Shown one piece after another: positions 35,630-47,812 of a stretch of DNA of 64,000 nucleotides; within the stretch, counting starts at the first letter, position 1; each line of letters opens with the position of its first letter. The notes under the pieces were generated by a model. That model did no database searches, had not been told where the DNA came from, and worked only from the letters and a program-made list of their open reading frames with translations. Both the position numbers and the translations under genes were made by a program. The stretch comes from Saccostrea cucullata (Eukaryota): the NCBI RefSeq assembly GCF_032062105.1, contig NW_026939745.1:1-64000 (forward strand), read 5' to 3'.

Positions 35630-38600
35630 TATTACTTTTGTAATAACATTGTAATTGCTTGAAGATCATCAACACTTTTCTTGATAGAGACTACATGCAT
35701 ATGTTTTCCAGTTGTATCATTTGTTTTCATTTTTTTTTTTGTATTTCAATGCTTTCATAGATTAACATGTTATTTTTTATAAGCTCTATGGTACAAATTG
35801 TTTTATTCAAGCAGATAATGCTTATGATTTTAATTTTTTAGGTTTGAAAATAAAGTTGATTTAAATTTGCAATAATGATGTTCTAGTTTATAGAAAGAGA
35901 ATGACACTTACAATTAAGGATTCAAAGTATAGGATATATGAACTATACAGCACCGTTAATGTGACACACTAATAGGAGAGTCATGGTTGACAAGAGACTG
36001 AATATAGTTGAATTATGTTCTTTCAAAGTTAACAAAGAATCAAAGAGGATCGGGGTGATTTATTGTGGATAGTGACAACTTTGGCAACTGGCAAATAGCC
36101 ACATTGTTTACCCGAGTCTGTGTGTACTGAATTGTAGCAACAGGCAGGTGACAAGGCATATGAATACCTTACAAAATAGGCAAGTGTCCATTGTATTTGT
36201 ATATTTTGCCTTCATTATTATCCCTGTAAGACTATGAACGCAAGGAGATCACTTGAATGCAGCAAATTACAATAAGCAAGGGTATTTTAACCAAGTTTTT
36301 GAAAATCTTTTGTTACATGGCTTCGTCTATAAGTTAATTTTGTTTTATGCTTCAATAAATCCTTTATAGTATTGTATAATACTCAGGTGACCATTAAGAC
36401 CCTTGGGCCTCTTGTCTTCTTCAGTATGGGTATGTATGTTATGTCAAAAACGTAGTTTCTCGCTGATAATTTTTGTGTAGATAAAGTGCTCAGCAAGTAT
36501 TGGGTGGTATAGCACAGAATATTTCCCGAATCTGTGTCACGTCATTACGTCTCTGACGGCAATGTACAGAAAATCACGAATACTTATGGCCCCTTCCAAA
36601 GAGGCGGCATTTTGGCAATGTTAAATCCCCGTAGACTTTAAAATTGACGCCTTCTGAATACACTTGTTGACATCGGGGGTATATTTAAAAGAAGAATGTT
36701 GGGGGAAAATCAATCTACCGATCAAACCTAGTCTGAAGACTGAGGTATTTATGTATTTTGAGATATATTGCAAAAAGTAGCGATGTTCCAATTGTAGGAC
36801 AGATTAATGACATTTTAGTGAATAAAAAAATTGTATTGTGTGTTAAACTATGTTTTTGTGTAAAAAGCCATAATTTACAGGTATAAAATCAACAAGACTA
36901 AAAATAGTCCTTAACAATGTGAAAAAATGTATGTTAAGATTCAATATCACCAACCATCGAGCATTTAACGGAAAGTTAAAAATTTTAGTTTATAGTTGAT
37001 GTTGTCCTACCTAATTCTCAAACACACTTACAATTATTTTGAAAATAAAAAGGGACTGGTATCGAAGGAAATCCAAATTTCAAGACAATTCTTGCCTCAT
37101 TTGAATTTACGTTTTTCCATATGTTACGTTTTATTTTCATGGTTGAAATGATGCAGAATAATAATAACCGTTTCATTGGAGGTTTAGCACATTTCATTTC
37201 TACAAAATATTTCTTTTTTATAATAACTAATAAAACAACAATAATTTGTTACATAATACATGTGATAGGTCTCAATATACAAGACTAACCATCAGAAACA
37301 GATTAAATAGATGCGTATAAGTTTCTTTGATTTCTCCAAATGCCCTTAATCATTTCTACAAAAAGTATTTTTTAACAATAAACCAATCACCTGATGCATC
37401 ATGGGTCTCATAAATAATCCTTAACACACAGTTATTCACAGGCGTATCTTTCTTTGAGGTTTAGAAAGTTTAAATTAAAATTCCAATGTGCTCAATTTAC
37501 CTCTACTCAATGTTTCGTTTGACAATAAACCAATTAACTGTGACATCATGTGTCTAATTCAATGTGATATTGTGTTTAACAATAAACCAATTACATATTA
37601 CATTATGTGCCTCGCTTTAGTCTAATGTGCTCATTTCAATTCTATGTGATATTGTGTTTAACAATAAACCAATTACATATTATATTATGTGCCTCATAAT
37701 AAATTTAGAAGAAACATGACCTATGCATAAATAATTTATTGATGTTGGGTTAACTGTAATTAAAGAAAAGAAAAGCACTAATATTACTGATTTTTATTAA
37801 AGAAAAAGTTTATTTAAATTCTAATTTATGAAACATCTTGGAAATAAATGGGGTTAGTTATGGAAGTTAATCTAGAGTCATATTTTTCACAAATAACAAT
37901 TGTTTATTTCTATGCATACGACTTATACTTTTATGCAACAACTTAAAAATTGTATATTCTTAATAAGAAATCATTTGATTGGAGAGGAATACCAAGTACC
38001 ATGAATTTCCTACTCATCGAGAGAAAAAAGTGAATTATGAGCTGACTATATATAGAGAGAGAAACGGGGTAGATATTTCCAAATGAATTCCATATACATG
38101 TGCAGGTATGCATGGTAAATGAGAAATTAATGTTCGAGATATCGAAATCCAATTGTAATTGATGAAAAGTTAATTACATTTCATACAATGAGTTTCTTTT
38201 TCTTAATATGTTTCTTAGAAAGAGAATTTTTATTTCAATATGAAAAAAAATATCTTAAGAATTGTTTCATATACAATACTTCAATCTAGTTAAATAGGCT
38301 TTTTAGATCCACTTTATACAGTTAGCATTATCATTTTTGAGGGGGTCAAAAATTAATTATTTTTCATACATATTTTTCCTCTTTCTTGAAAATATTTATA
38401 TCCAATTTGAAACGTTTACAAAAAAAGTTCTAAAATTGTCCAATCATAAAACTTTTTTTACCTTTTGAAAATATCGCACTTTGACCACCAAGCATAAAAT
38501 CATACCCTCTTCAAAACTAAGACAATAAACAAATCACTGATATTCGATATTCTATTTGTGCTGTCAAACTGATTAGAAATATATAGTGTATGAAAATGTT

Positions 38601-41600
38601 GAATTACAGTGCTACACTGTCACCTGAACAGAAATCTACCTGCATCAAAATGCGAAAAGCATGAAATTTGTTTCTTTGGGAGACTGCACATTTTTACAAT
38701 TTGGGATGTTAGTTGCTGAAAAAATGTATCATATTTTTCCTTGATTGCTTTAGGTTTGTTCCTATAAATTTCACAAAACGTTTCTCAGTAACAATTTTTT
38801 GGAACAATTTATTACTGAAATAGCTGTTGTGCAAAAATTGAATCATTTTTTATTACCACAGGTGAAGTATTTCAATAAAATAGACTCTAACGGTGTAGTG
38901 ACACATTTAACTTAATATTTTAAATAAGTTTTCCACCTTCTGACGATAAGTAAATATACGTATAAGATGCGTTTTACTTTTGCGAAATACTAAACATATG
39001 TGTATGACATAATGTCGGACTTAACCTATTACATGTATTAACAATCTAGAAAACACTGAATAAAAAACTTAGAGGGAGAACTCGTGACATACTCTAGTAT
39101 ACGCATACATTTTGAACTATCCGGCATTATATATTTCAGATGTTAATAAAATAACGATTTTGCCATTTCGATTGTAATATGAATAAATAGTGGTGTTTTT
39201 ATAATTAAATTTTCTGAGATATTTTACTCTATGTGCTTTATGGGTAATGCACAATCATTTGAATCTGCATGTCCTCCCTGGGTCCTACTAATTGAGTGCT
39301 GTATATAATTATGTTTCAAACGTTCTGAATCAGAAAATTTTAAAATACCCAATGCCTAAGAATTTGGAAGTGCTCAAATACATGTGCCCCATTATATTTA
39401 GTTCCACTGTTTAATTAATTTTATCTAAACGCATAAGGGAAGGAAATAGAAAAAATACATCCTTTCCATTAAATTTAAGTGTTTGATATCTACTCAAAGT
39501 ATATTTTACCAAAAAAATAATAACACTTATTCTCCGACTTCCTTGTCGGTCAGTCACAATTTTTATTGGAAGATTCGCACTTGTAACTGTTATTCACAAA
39601 ATCTACCAGTTCTACCCAATTACATGTACTTTTATTGCATCTTAAAAATGAAAACAAAACCAACATGTAGGAGAAAAACATTAAAATGAACATTATCCTT
39701 TTTTTCTTGGAAAGGGCAGTTATCAATTATTGACAAAAAACTCACAAACAAATCCGTACTTATAGTCGTGGTGAGTGTCATGGCAGTTAAAATTATCGGA
39801 CGCCTTTAACCTAATACGGTTTTCTCTTGGGCCGTTCGTTATTATTGTAGGACAGAAGAAATTCTGGAACTGTGTACCATCATGAAACTTCCAAATTCCG
39901 TTTGACTTCTTCCCTTGAATCCAGGCCTCAGCTGTCGATATGTCAGCTGTCAGCTCTAAAACATAAATGTATCAAACTGACAAAATTTTATTTGAAAGTT
40001 AAAAACTGACCAATGTTAAAAAAAAAATGTTCAATTGAAAAATTTCTAATATAACTTGACTTCGTCATTTTCTCATTTATTGAAGACATGGCATTCGGAT
40101 GTCTTGTATTAGGTTTTATGAGACATTCTCTGTAATGAATTGTACTTTTTATTGTCTCCCAAAATAGGTTTGAAAAAAGAGTATCATAAACTTTCAAATT
40201 ACAAAGCTTACATATGTTGAAATAAAGCAATTTTCAAATAAGTTAAAAATGTCTTATCCGGGAAAAAATTTTGTCACCAAATCTTTTTAAATTTTTTTTC
40301 CATTTTGATTAAATATACGTTTAGAAAATGAAAGCAAATTATTAATAAGTTAAAAAGTAACCAAAGATTAAAAGAGTTCATTGTTGCATAAAGCAAAAAA
40401 GAAGTTTGATATAACTTCTTTATAGGCTTAATCTGATTTTATCTTTTTACCCAGCTTCTCCTTTAATCATATAACTTGAAGTGCTACTTTTCTAATTCAA
40501 TATATGTTTTAGATAACGTAAATGTACTCGTTAAATAATTTCGATATTTTCATGACGCCATTTACAGCCATATTGCAATACTAGTAAAACTACTTTATGA
40601 AACAAATCCAAGTAGTCTTTATATCATGAGCCAGTAGGGGAAAATACAATCCCGAAATAATTAAAATCCTTTACTACTTTTATGGCACTGCCATTTTCAG
40701 TAAAAATATTCTTTGGCTGTCTACCCTTTGGGAAAAATAAGAATCTTTGTTTTCTTGATATCACGCACAATTTCCATTCATCACAATATTTGTAAAATTC
40801 ATTTAATATTCTCTGAAGATCTTCAGCAGTTTCCACAAAAATTACAGTATCATTGGCCTAAACCTGGATAACAATTTCTTAAACAAAAATAACTTATCAT
40901 CTATACCTTTGCAATGCCAGACAAACCGACAATATTCTTCTTTTTCACCTTGTCGTTCACCAACATTACAAATAAAATTAAAATGACAAACCATTCATCT
41001 GAATTTTAGATTTGATAACACTATACATATTTTTAATAAAAGTAAAACATTTCCCATTTACACCACTTTATAGTAGTGTAAATGTGTAAATGATATTGTA
41101 CGAGGGCCGTTCAAAAATTACGCGGACTTGTTGCACAGAAATAATATTTTTTTTTTACCTTATATGGTCTTCATATCAAAATGCTGTAAACATAACAAAT
41201 TAAAAAGCAGCAAAATCTTCGACGTCACAATTATAAAAAAATTTGAGATTGAGCTTTCATCTAACATTTTCCCAAAATACCTTTGATAAGTTATCTTTCT
41301 TACATCCAAAAACCATTTTTTTCTGGCTTAAAATTAATAAATTCCTTTTTGTTAAAAAACCAAAAACTGCAGGTATTTATGAGATATAGTGTGATATATA
41401 TACGTTCTTTACAGTCCGGATAAAGTTTTCGTAAATCCCGTCCTCCACTTTATAGTAGTGTAAATAATTTGATATTTTCAGTGGTTACAGTGTATAGCAT
41501 ATTTTTAATTACTGCATATGATTTAACAAAAGTGGTATTTGGGACGGATTTTCAAATACTATATTAGTCTTTTTATAATATCACGTCAGAAATATAAATA

Positions 41601-43338
41601 CATAAAATAGAACAATTTAAAATCCTTTTTTCTATGTCACTGTCATATGTTCAGTCACAGAAATTTTCCCCGAAATTTTTCATATTTCTGTGGTAACCTT
41701 TGGGAAAAAAAGAATGTTTTTTACATATCACACACAATTTTATTATTACAATATAATTGTAAAAGTCATTTAATATTTCTGTACCAGATCAACTTCAATG
41801 TGGATAGCAATTCCCACAAAAATTAGAAGTCATGTGTATATGACAATTTTTACAAAAATTTCCTGTTGTAATGCATAAAATGGATTAAAATCTTATCCGA
41901 CAATAGAATTATTTGTATTGGTTTTTCTCTCTTGTCATTCACCAACATTACAAATAAAAATTAATTTGCTCATCAAAATCAAAATGACAAAAATTTATCA
42001 AATATAACTCCCTATTTATGTGTGAAATATGGAAATTCCATATATTTTACAACACTTCATAGTAGTGTAAATGGTATTGTAAGTGATTACAGTATATAGC
42101 TCTTAATTATGTAATTATTACTTATTTAATATTTAAAAACTATTTAGTCATTTTAATAATTAAAGTTTATCTGTTCTGTCCATTTTTCTTGTACTATTCA
42201 ACTTCAACTTAAATGTGGATAATTGCGAAAATCCATAAGGACTATGTTCATGCATGTAGGGGAATGTCCAAATGTAAAAAAAAATAATGTAAATAATTAA
42301 ATACATTAAAAGAAAAAACTCAATTAACTGACCTATCAACTTCTTCAAGACGTTGTATTTCTCCACAGAATCCATCCTTATTAATTCTGCACTTTCCAAA
42401 AGACAAGCGTTGTTTGCATCTGCGTAAATGACAGATGTCTCCTCAAACCTAAGACAGGATGTGACGTCAGTGCAAGTGTACAGCAAGTAGCCGCTAGGAC
42501 AGGCTGTCAAATAAATTTTTTCCCCAATAATCAGCATAAAATAATTAAATATACATGTAATTAATATCTGTTTCAAATAAATTCGAAACAAATCTTATCA
42601 TTTATTACAAATAAAATATTTTATTTATGTTGATTATGGAAGCATTTTTTTCTATTTATACAGTTACATTACTTCACAACTAATATATGTCGATATATGA
42701 TATTGGCTCATCGATGTCTTGTTTGCTTTACTATCATTTTGTATGCTACGATAAGCATTTTGAGGAGGCAACGTATTTATGTGTGAAATGCAATGACTTT
42801 TGAGCTTGAATACTGTTTGTTATCTCCATATGATTCTAAGTGATACAGAAACAGGTGTGATTTTGATGTACTTCGATCATACCTCAAATTTCAATTAAGA
42901 ATTTCCATCATGCAGTTTTCCTATTTTATTCTGTTTAGAATAGGGGTGCATGTAAAAAAATACAATGTATATGCATTTTTTTGTATTTATTTACCTTTTT
43001 TTTTTTACATGTAATTATGAAGCAACTCTAATTGAATTGAATATTAAGGTGGAGTATTAACAGGGCACACATTTTGATGATGCATATCTGGGTATTGCCT
43101 TTGTAAGTTAAATGTACTGGATTTAAATAGCATTGACTTGTTAAGTAATATTATTGTCTAAAATACCATATTTTAGATAGGTAAATAACGACTCAATTTA
43201 ATGTTAACTTACTGTTTAATAAATAAGTCATCCACTGAGTTCCATTTAAGGTAAAAGTTCCTGTTTTATGCGGTGGACAACAATAACAGCTTCCCGAATC
43301 TCGATCCCGACTTATCATATAGAGAAACATACAGGATT
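35185..43338 (+). repeat. Segmental duplication unit A (paralogous to 56557 to beyond 64000)
   Basis: Colinear high-identity match through the cGLR 3' end, intergenic DNA, a LINE fragment and the lectin exons. Confidence 0.95.
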
Positions 43339-43516
43339 GTAAACAGAGAGAAAAACACTGGAGGCTACTGACAGACACACCAACAGAAACACACCGAGAT
43401 GTCGGCTGGTCATTGTTATTTACAGCCCTGTGATACGGTAGAAAACAGTCACAAAAAGATAACATTAGAATAAAGAGTATGTTTAAAAATATCACTATGC
43501 TTGATGAAGACCACAT
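39723..43516 (-). CDS. Secreted 235-aa protein: signal peptide + PAN/apple-like Cys domain + atypical C-type lectin domain, copy 1; exons 43516-43213, 42503-42333, 39955-39723
   Basis: Both introns are phase-1 GT..AG and the 708-nt CDS is open. Hydrophobic N-terminus IVIFLNILFILMLSFC; SLQCFSLCLQSC..CYCC; CPSGY..SCLRF..YADANNAC..AELIRMDS; AWIQG..WKFHDG..FVCE. Exon 3 is not in the ORF track. Confidence 0.85.
40400..40980 (-). mobile_element. Decayed LINE reverse-transcriptase fragment in lectin intron 2
   Basis: ..DTVIFVETAEDLQRILNEFYKYCDEWKL..VKDFNYFGIVF (post-YADD region). Partial copy at about 41680-41990 and paralog at about 61800-62350. Confidence 0.7.
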
Positions 43517-44737
43517 AATTCGATAATAGTAGTTATAACCTTCCACTGTAACCGATGCGTTGTACAGAACCTGAGTTGAATAGACCTTTTTTTCTATTGG
43601 AGGCGTGGAAGTTTTCAAAGTTCTGCTATATGCACATTTCAAATTGATTAATTACATTTTCCTGTGCAGTTTGTTCTATTTAAAAATACTTTATTGTATA
43701 GCTTTCTTAAATAATAAAGTACTGTACAAATGTTTTCCCAAAATCTTGTAGATAATCGTTAAGCAGTACTGATAAGGCTGCATAAAGGAAGCGGGGTCTG
43801 ATTTATATTATAAATTACACACAAAAATATATTGTAATTCCTCACCAGATATTGAAATAATTTGCAAATTAAACTGTATTAGAGTAATGAAATAAAAAGT
43901 CGTATTCCTAAAAAAAAAGATTAATGAAATGAAATCTTCAGAAGAATTACATAACTTTTATGACTTTCAAGTCCTTGGTTTCTTTTTGGCTTGTTTTTGC
44001 GTATAGGTAGGTTTTTGAAAGATGGATGGTCTGTCACTCTACACAGAGAAAAATTTGAAATGGTCTTATTGAGAGAATATTATTATATAATACAATATAT
44101 ATCAATAATACATTAACGAAAATTTCAATCCAATGTTTTCTCAGCTGTCCGTGTCGAGTTGTACCCGCCCATTCCATTGTCTATCATTACCGGTAAATAT
44201 TTTGATTGTAACAGATAGAAATGATGTCAGCTGCAAATTTCGAATCTTGCCAGTTAATGTTCCGCGTTCATATCCTTATATTATGACTTTCGGAGCATTT
44301 CATCAAAAATTAATTTCTAGGATGAACATTTAATATTTTTCTTATATCAATCATTTACTGTCCTTACTTTGACATTATACACTAAAGTATCAATGCATTT
44401 AAATGCTAAACGATTCTTGTTTCATCACCTTGTCCATCAACACCTTACTGTGTATTAAAAAAATCTTTTGTGGGGTATGCTCTTGCGTATAGAATCACGT
44501 GAAGAGATTTAAACCCAATATGGAAATGATAAATGTTTATTGTTACATACATGTTAGTAAGGATAATTGACGATTGAAAAATAAATGAGTTTATCATAAA
44601 ACGTCTTATTGTTAGGCAACCATATACATGTGTATATGACACCATCTGGCAGGCAATGGAATAAAAAAGAAAGATAATTTAGTAATTCGTTTATTGTTGA
44701 TTGAAGACTAATTAATTACATCTCATTTCTTAATTGA

Positions 44738-45110
44738 TCACTGTTCACAAAAGAAATCTTTTTGATAAAAGCATTGGTAGTCGTGCCTTTTACCATTTCT
44801 ATTTATCAATACTGCGCAGTGTTCAATGTTATCTTGTGGTTGATCGTGATCCCAATTTGTAAAACTCATCCTTGCTCCCGATGATATCCATCCCCATTCC
44901 TCCCTTTTGGCTTAATCAGTACCGGACAACCAGATGTGATCTTTTAGGAGACTCTGAATCCAAGTATTTTCCTTCATGTCATTTATTTTCAACAAAGACG
45001 ATTTTTTACGTGCGACAGAAAATTTCTGCTTCGAAAAATTTTACTTTCTTTGATACATATTTATAAGAATGGTTGTTAAACTTTGTCCATCCCTATCTGC
45101 ATTGTGTAGT
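44738..45110 (-). pseudogene. Perlucin-like canonical C-type lectin domain pseudogene
   Basis: Manual translation: TTQCR*GWTKFNNHSYKYVSKKVKFFEAEIFCRT*/SSLLKINDMKENTWIQSLLKDHIWLSGTD*AKREEWGWISSGARMSFTNWDHDQPQDNIEHCAVLINRNGK/HDYQCFYQKDFFCEQ*. Three internal stops and two frameshifts. Confidence 0.85.
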
Positions 45111-45451
45111 CTTTGCAAGTAAAGAATAGGAAAATTGGTCAGGTTTTAGCTCCAGAGAGCGTTGCCCTCGGGGAATATGATTTTTCATGAGCGAAGAAAT
45201 CTTCATGTCTCCCTCACTATCGTGCAATAATTGTATAATGATTTTTGCAAGTATAACACTTTGAAAGGTACATAATTTCCAAACCTTAACAATAAAATAT
45301 ATTTTGATGTCCAAAAATTTAATTTGTATCTTTATATATCGTACAATAATATACTTGAAATATATACACTATAGCATGTGAACATTTATCAAAATGGTTA
45401 AGGTCTAAGACGTTGTCGTTTTGCGGAATTTTTATAACTTTTTTTCAAATA

Positions 45452-45657
45452 TTGTGGTTTCATCAATATTCGTTGAGCACCAATTTCGTGGATTTCGTTG
45501 TTGAGCAGATCCACGAATTCAAATGTTCAGTGAAATACGAAATATGACATTCATTTGTATTGGCAATGCTTTTGACCACGAAATTACGTATCCTCGAAAA
45601 CGTCTGTTTTACAAAATTCACGAAAATTGATGCCAACGAAAATTGATGAAACCACAG
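45452..45657. mobile_element. TA-TSD MITE (Tc1/mariner-type)
   Basis: TA|TTGTGGTTTCATCAAT ... ATTGATGAAACCACAG|TA, with TTCGTG/CACGAA repeats. Confidence 0.8.
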
Positions 45658-45910
45658 TAAAGTTTTATATGTTTGCCCCCTTGGCCTCCTCTCTCTTCCA
45701 CGTCACCTGTTTTTAATTTTGATGTTTAGGGATGTCCGTGATTGCCATGCTCCAAATTTGTACTGTTCAGTGAATTTTGAGCTTGTGTACGGTTCGTTTT
45801 CACCATATATAGCTGGCGCAGTTCCAAAAAAACCACGTGCAGGGCGGGACAACACCTATAGAGAAGCATGCTTGGAGCCCCAGGATTGGAGGAATCAAAG
45901 CATGTAAATA

Positions 45911-46071
45911 TAAGGAATAACTGTCAGATTTTTCAAATTCATGAAGATGATCAATGGATTGGCTCGTGTGATAATTATATGCATAAACGCTTTCGGCGTT
46001 TATGCAAATAATCACACAAGCCAATCCATTGATCACTTCATGAATTCGAAAAATAAGACAGTTATTCCTTA
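45911..46071. mobile_element. 161-bp fold-back (palindromic) element
   Basis: TAAGGAATAACTGTC..ATGCATAAACGC-TTTCG-GCGTTTATGCA..GACAGTTATTCCTTA. Confidence 0.7.
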
Positions 46072-47812
46072 ATTATTGACATTTAAGGTACCTTGAAGAC
46101 GAGAAGTTGTCTTTCTTTTCCTATTTGCAATGATAGTTCCGCTGTGTCTAATAAATTATGAAGAAAACAGCCAGCTCAGATGAAGCCAAGTTGAGGTGAG
46201 ATCAGGTTCTGGTGCCATGAAGGAAAAAACATCCTTTGTAGACACATTAACAAAAATACTAATTTTTTTAACATACCACCTTCTGCAGTACGGGACAAAA
46301 TTCTACCGTCTTGTTAACAGAGGGGCCATCTCAAAATGCCAAAAATTAACGAATTTTCCTGTTTCTATAACGTACTACACAATATGACGGGCATACATGT
46401 GTAAATAATTCATATGAAAACATAGCAAAAATAATGGAGATATTCTCAAATTTCTACGTTTTAAATTTCAAGAGCGTCTGTTTATTACTTTTTCTTAAAA
46501 ACATTTTTATTACCCCTTTCTTTAAGACCTTCATTTTATCATAACGTCAAATACACCTCGTAACGACGTCAACCTACCTATCAATTGCAAAATTGGTTTT
46601 AAAATGAGTAAAATAAAATTGTCATAACATTTTCATACCTATAATATCTAAATTTTGTTTAATTTATATAATTAAATAAAAAATGTCGCGAAATATTGCA
46701 CAATGGAAACCAAAGTCGTCACCCTTAATTCAACAAAGCTTTCCAGGTGTGTTCATCTGGATTATCGGAAAATCAATTCTATATGATGGTCACCATGCTC
46801 ATTTACGAAAATGTTGTTCTTATCCACCCATACTATTGCCGAGTTTGGGTCATTTCCGATAAATGGACTGTGCTTGTTATTAAAAAAAAATAACTTGCAC
46901 AGTAAGAAAAAGAAGAGTCCGAAAAATCTTAGCTTCTGTGACAGAACACTATGGAGCATGTCACGTGACTGTATAGATCACGTGATACGTGCATAGGCAG
47001 AACGGTTGCAGATGTGCATTAAAATCGGAAAGGACTAGTTTTTTTTTAAATCAACACTAAAGCCCTATATCATTGCTATTTAATTTTATCACCCATCGTA
47101 AATATTGATTTTAGCAACATTCCTAGGGAAGCTTTGACAGTTTTATCTCTGTCAAATGGTTTATTGACTTCTTTCTATCTTATATAAAGTCAAGGAAGAT
47201 TTTCACAACACTCTCCGTTATTGGAAGGACAGTCTCAAGAGTTTTACAGCTTTTCTAATATTGGTCACACTGTGAAAGGATATCATTTGGTTTCATTTGG
47301 ATTCTCGGTTATCTGAACTTATCAAAAATATGTCATAAATGTTATACACCCAAGAAAGTGCTGTAAATTATGTAACTAGCACATTGTACTAATTCTTGTA
47401 CTGCTAGGTGTTCATATCTATAAGAAGGGCACAGGTAGTTTATTGATAATACAAACTGAAAGTGCTGCAAGGGAAAACTCGCATTGATACACGGATTTTA
47501 TTTTACAGGTGTGTATATTCATTTACAATTTAATTGTTCATTTTGAATTTGTAGTCCTAATATTTTAAGAATTATACAATGTAGTTCCCATTGATAAGGT
47601 AGATGTGTGAAAAAAGCATGCCTCTTTCACTTAAAAATCTGTATTTAAAAATTATACGTTTATTTTATACTTCCCAGGGCGTTGCCCTCGAGTAATATGT
47701 GTTTCTATGGACGAAAAAATCTTTGTCTCCCAAACAATCATGCAATAAATGTAGGGTTAGTTTACGATTGAAATCTGAAGTCATATGGCGATCGACATAT
47801 CTTAGTGTTAAT

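Noticed and set aside
36480-36750. GC-richer exon-like segment (also at 57930-58210)
   Set aside because: Reading frames are not conserved between the two copies and no protein motif was recognised.
41099-41450. Mariner-like end TACGAGGGCCGTTCAAAAA
   Set aside because: No matching second TIR was found, so an element cannot be delimited.
47185-47330. Possible Tc1/IS630 HTH relic (..RTVSRVLQLF..)
   Set aside because: Too short and frameshifted; no TIRs or DDE region were found to support it.
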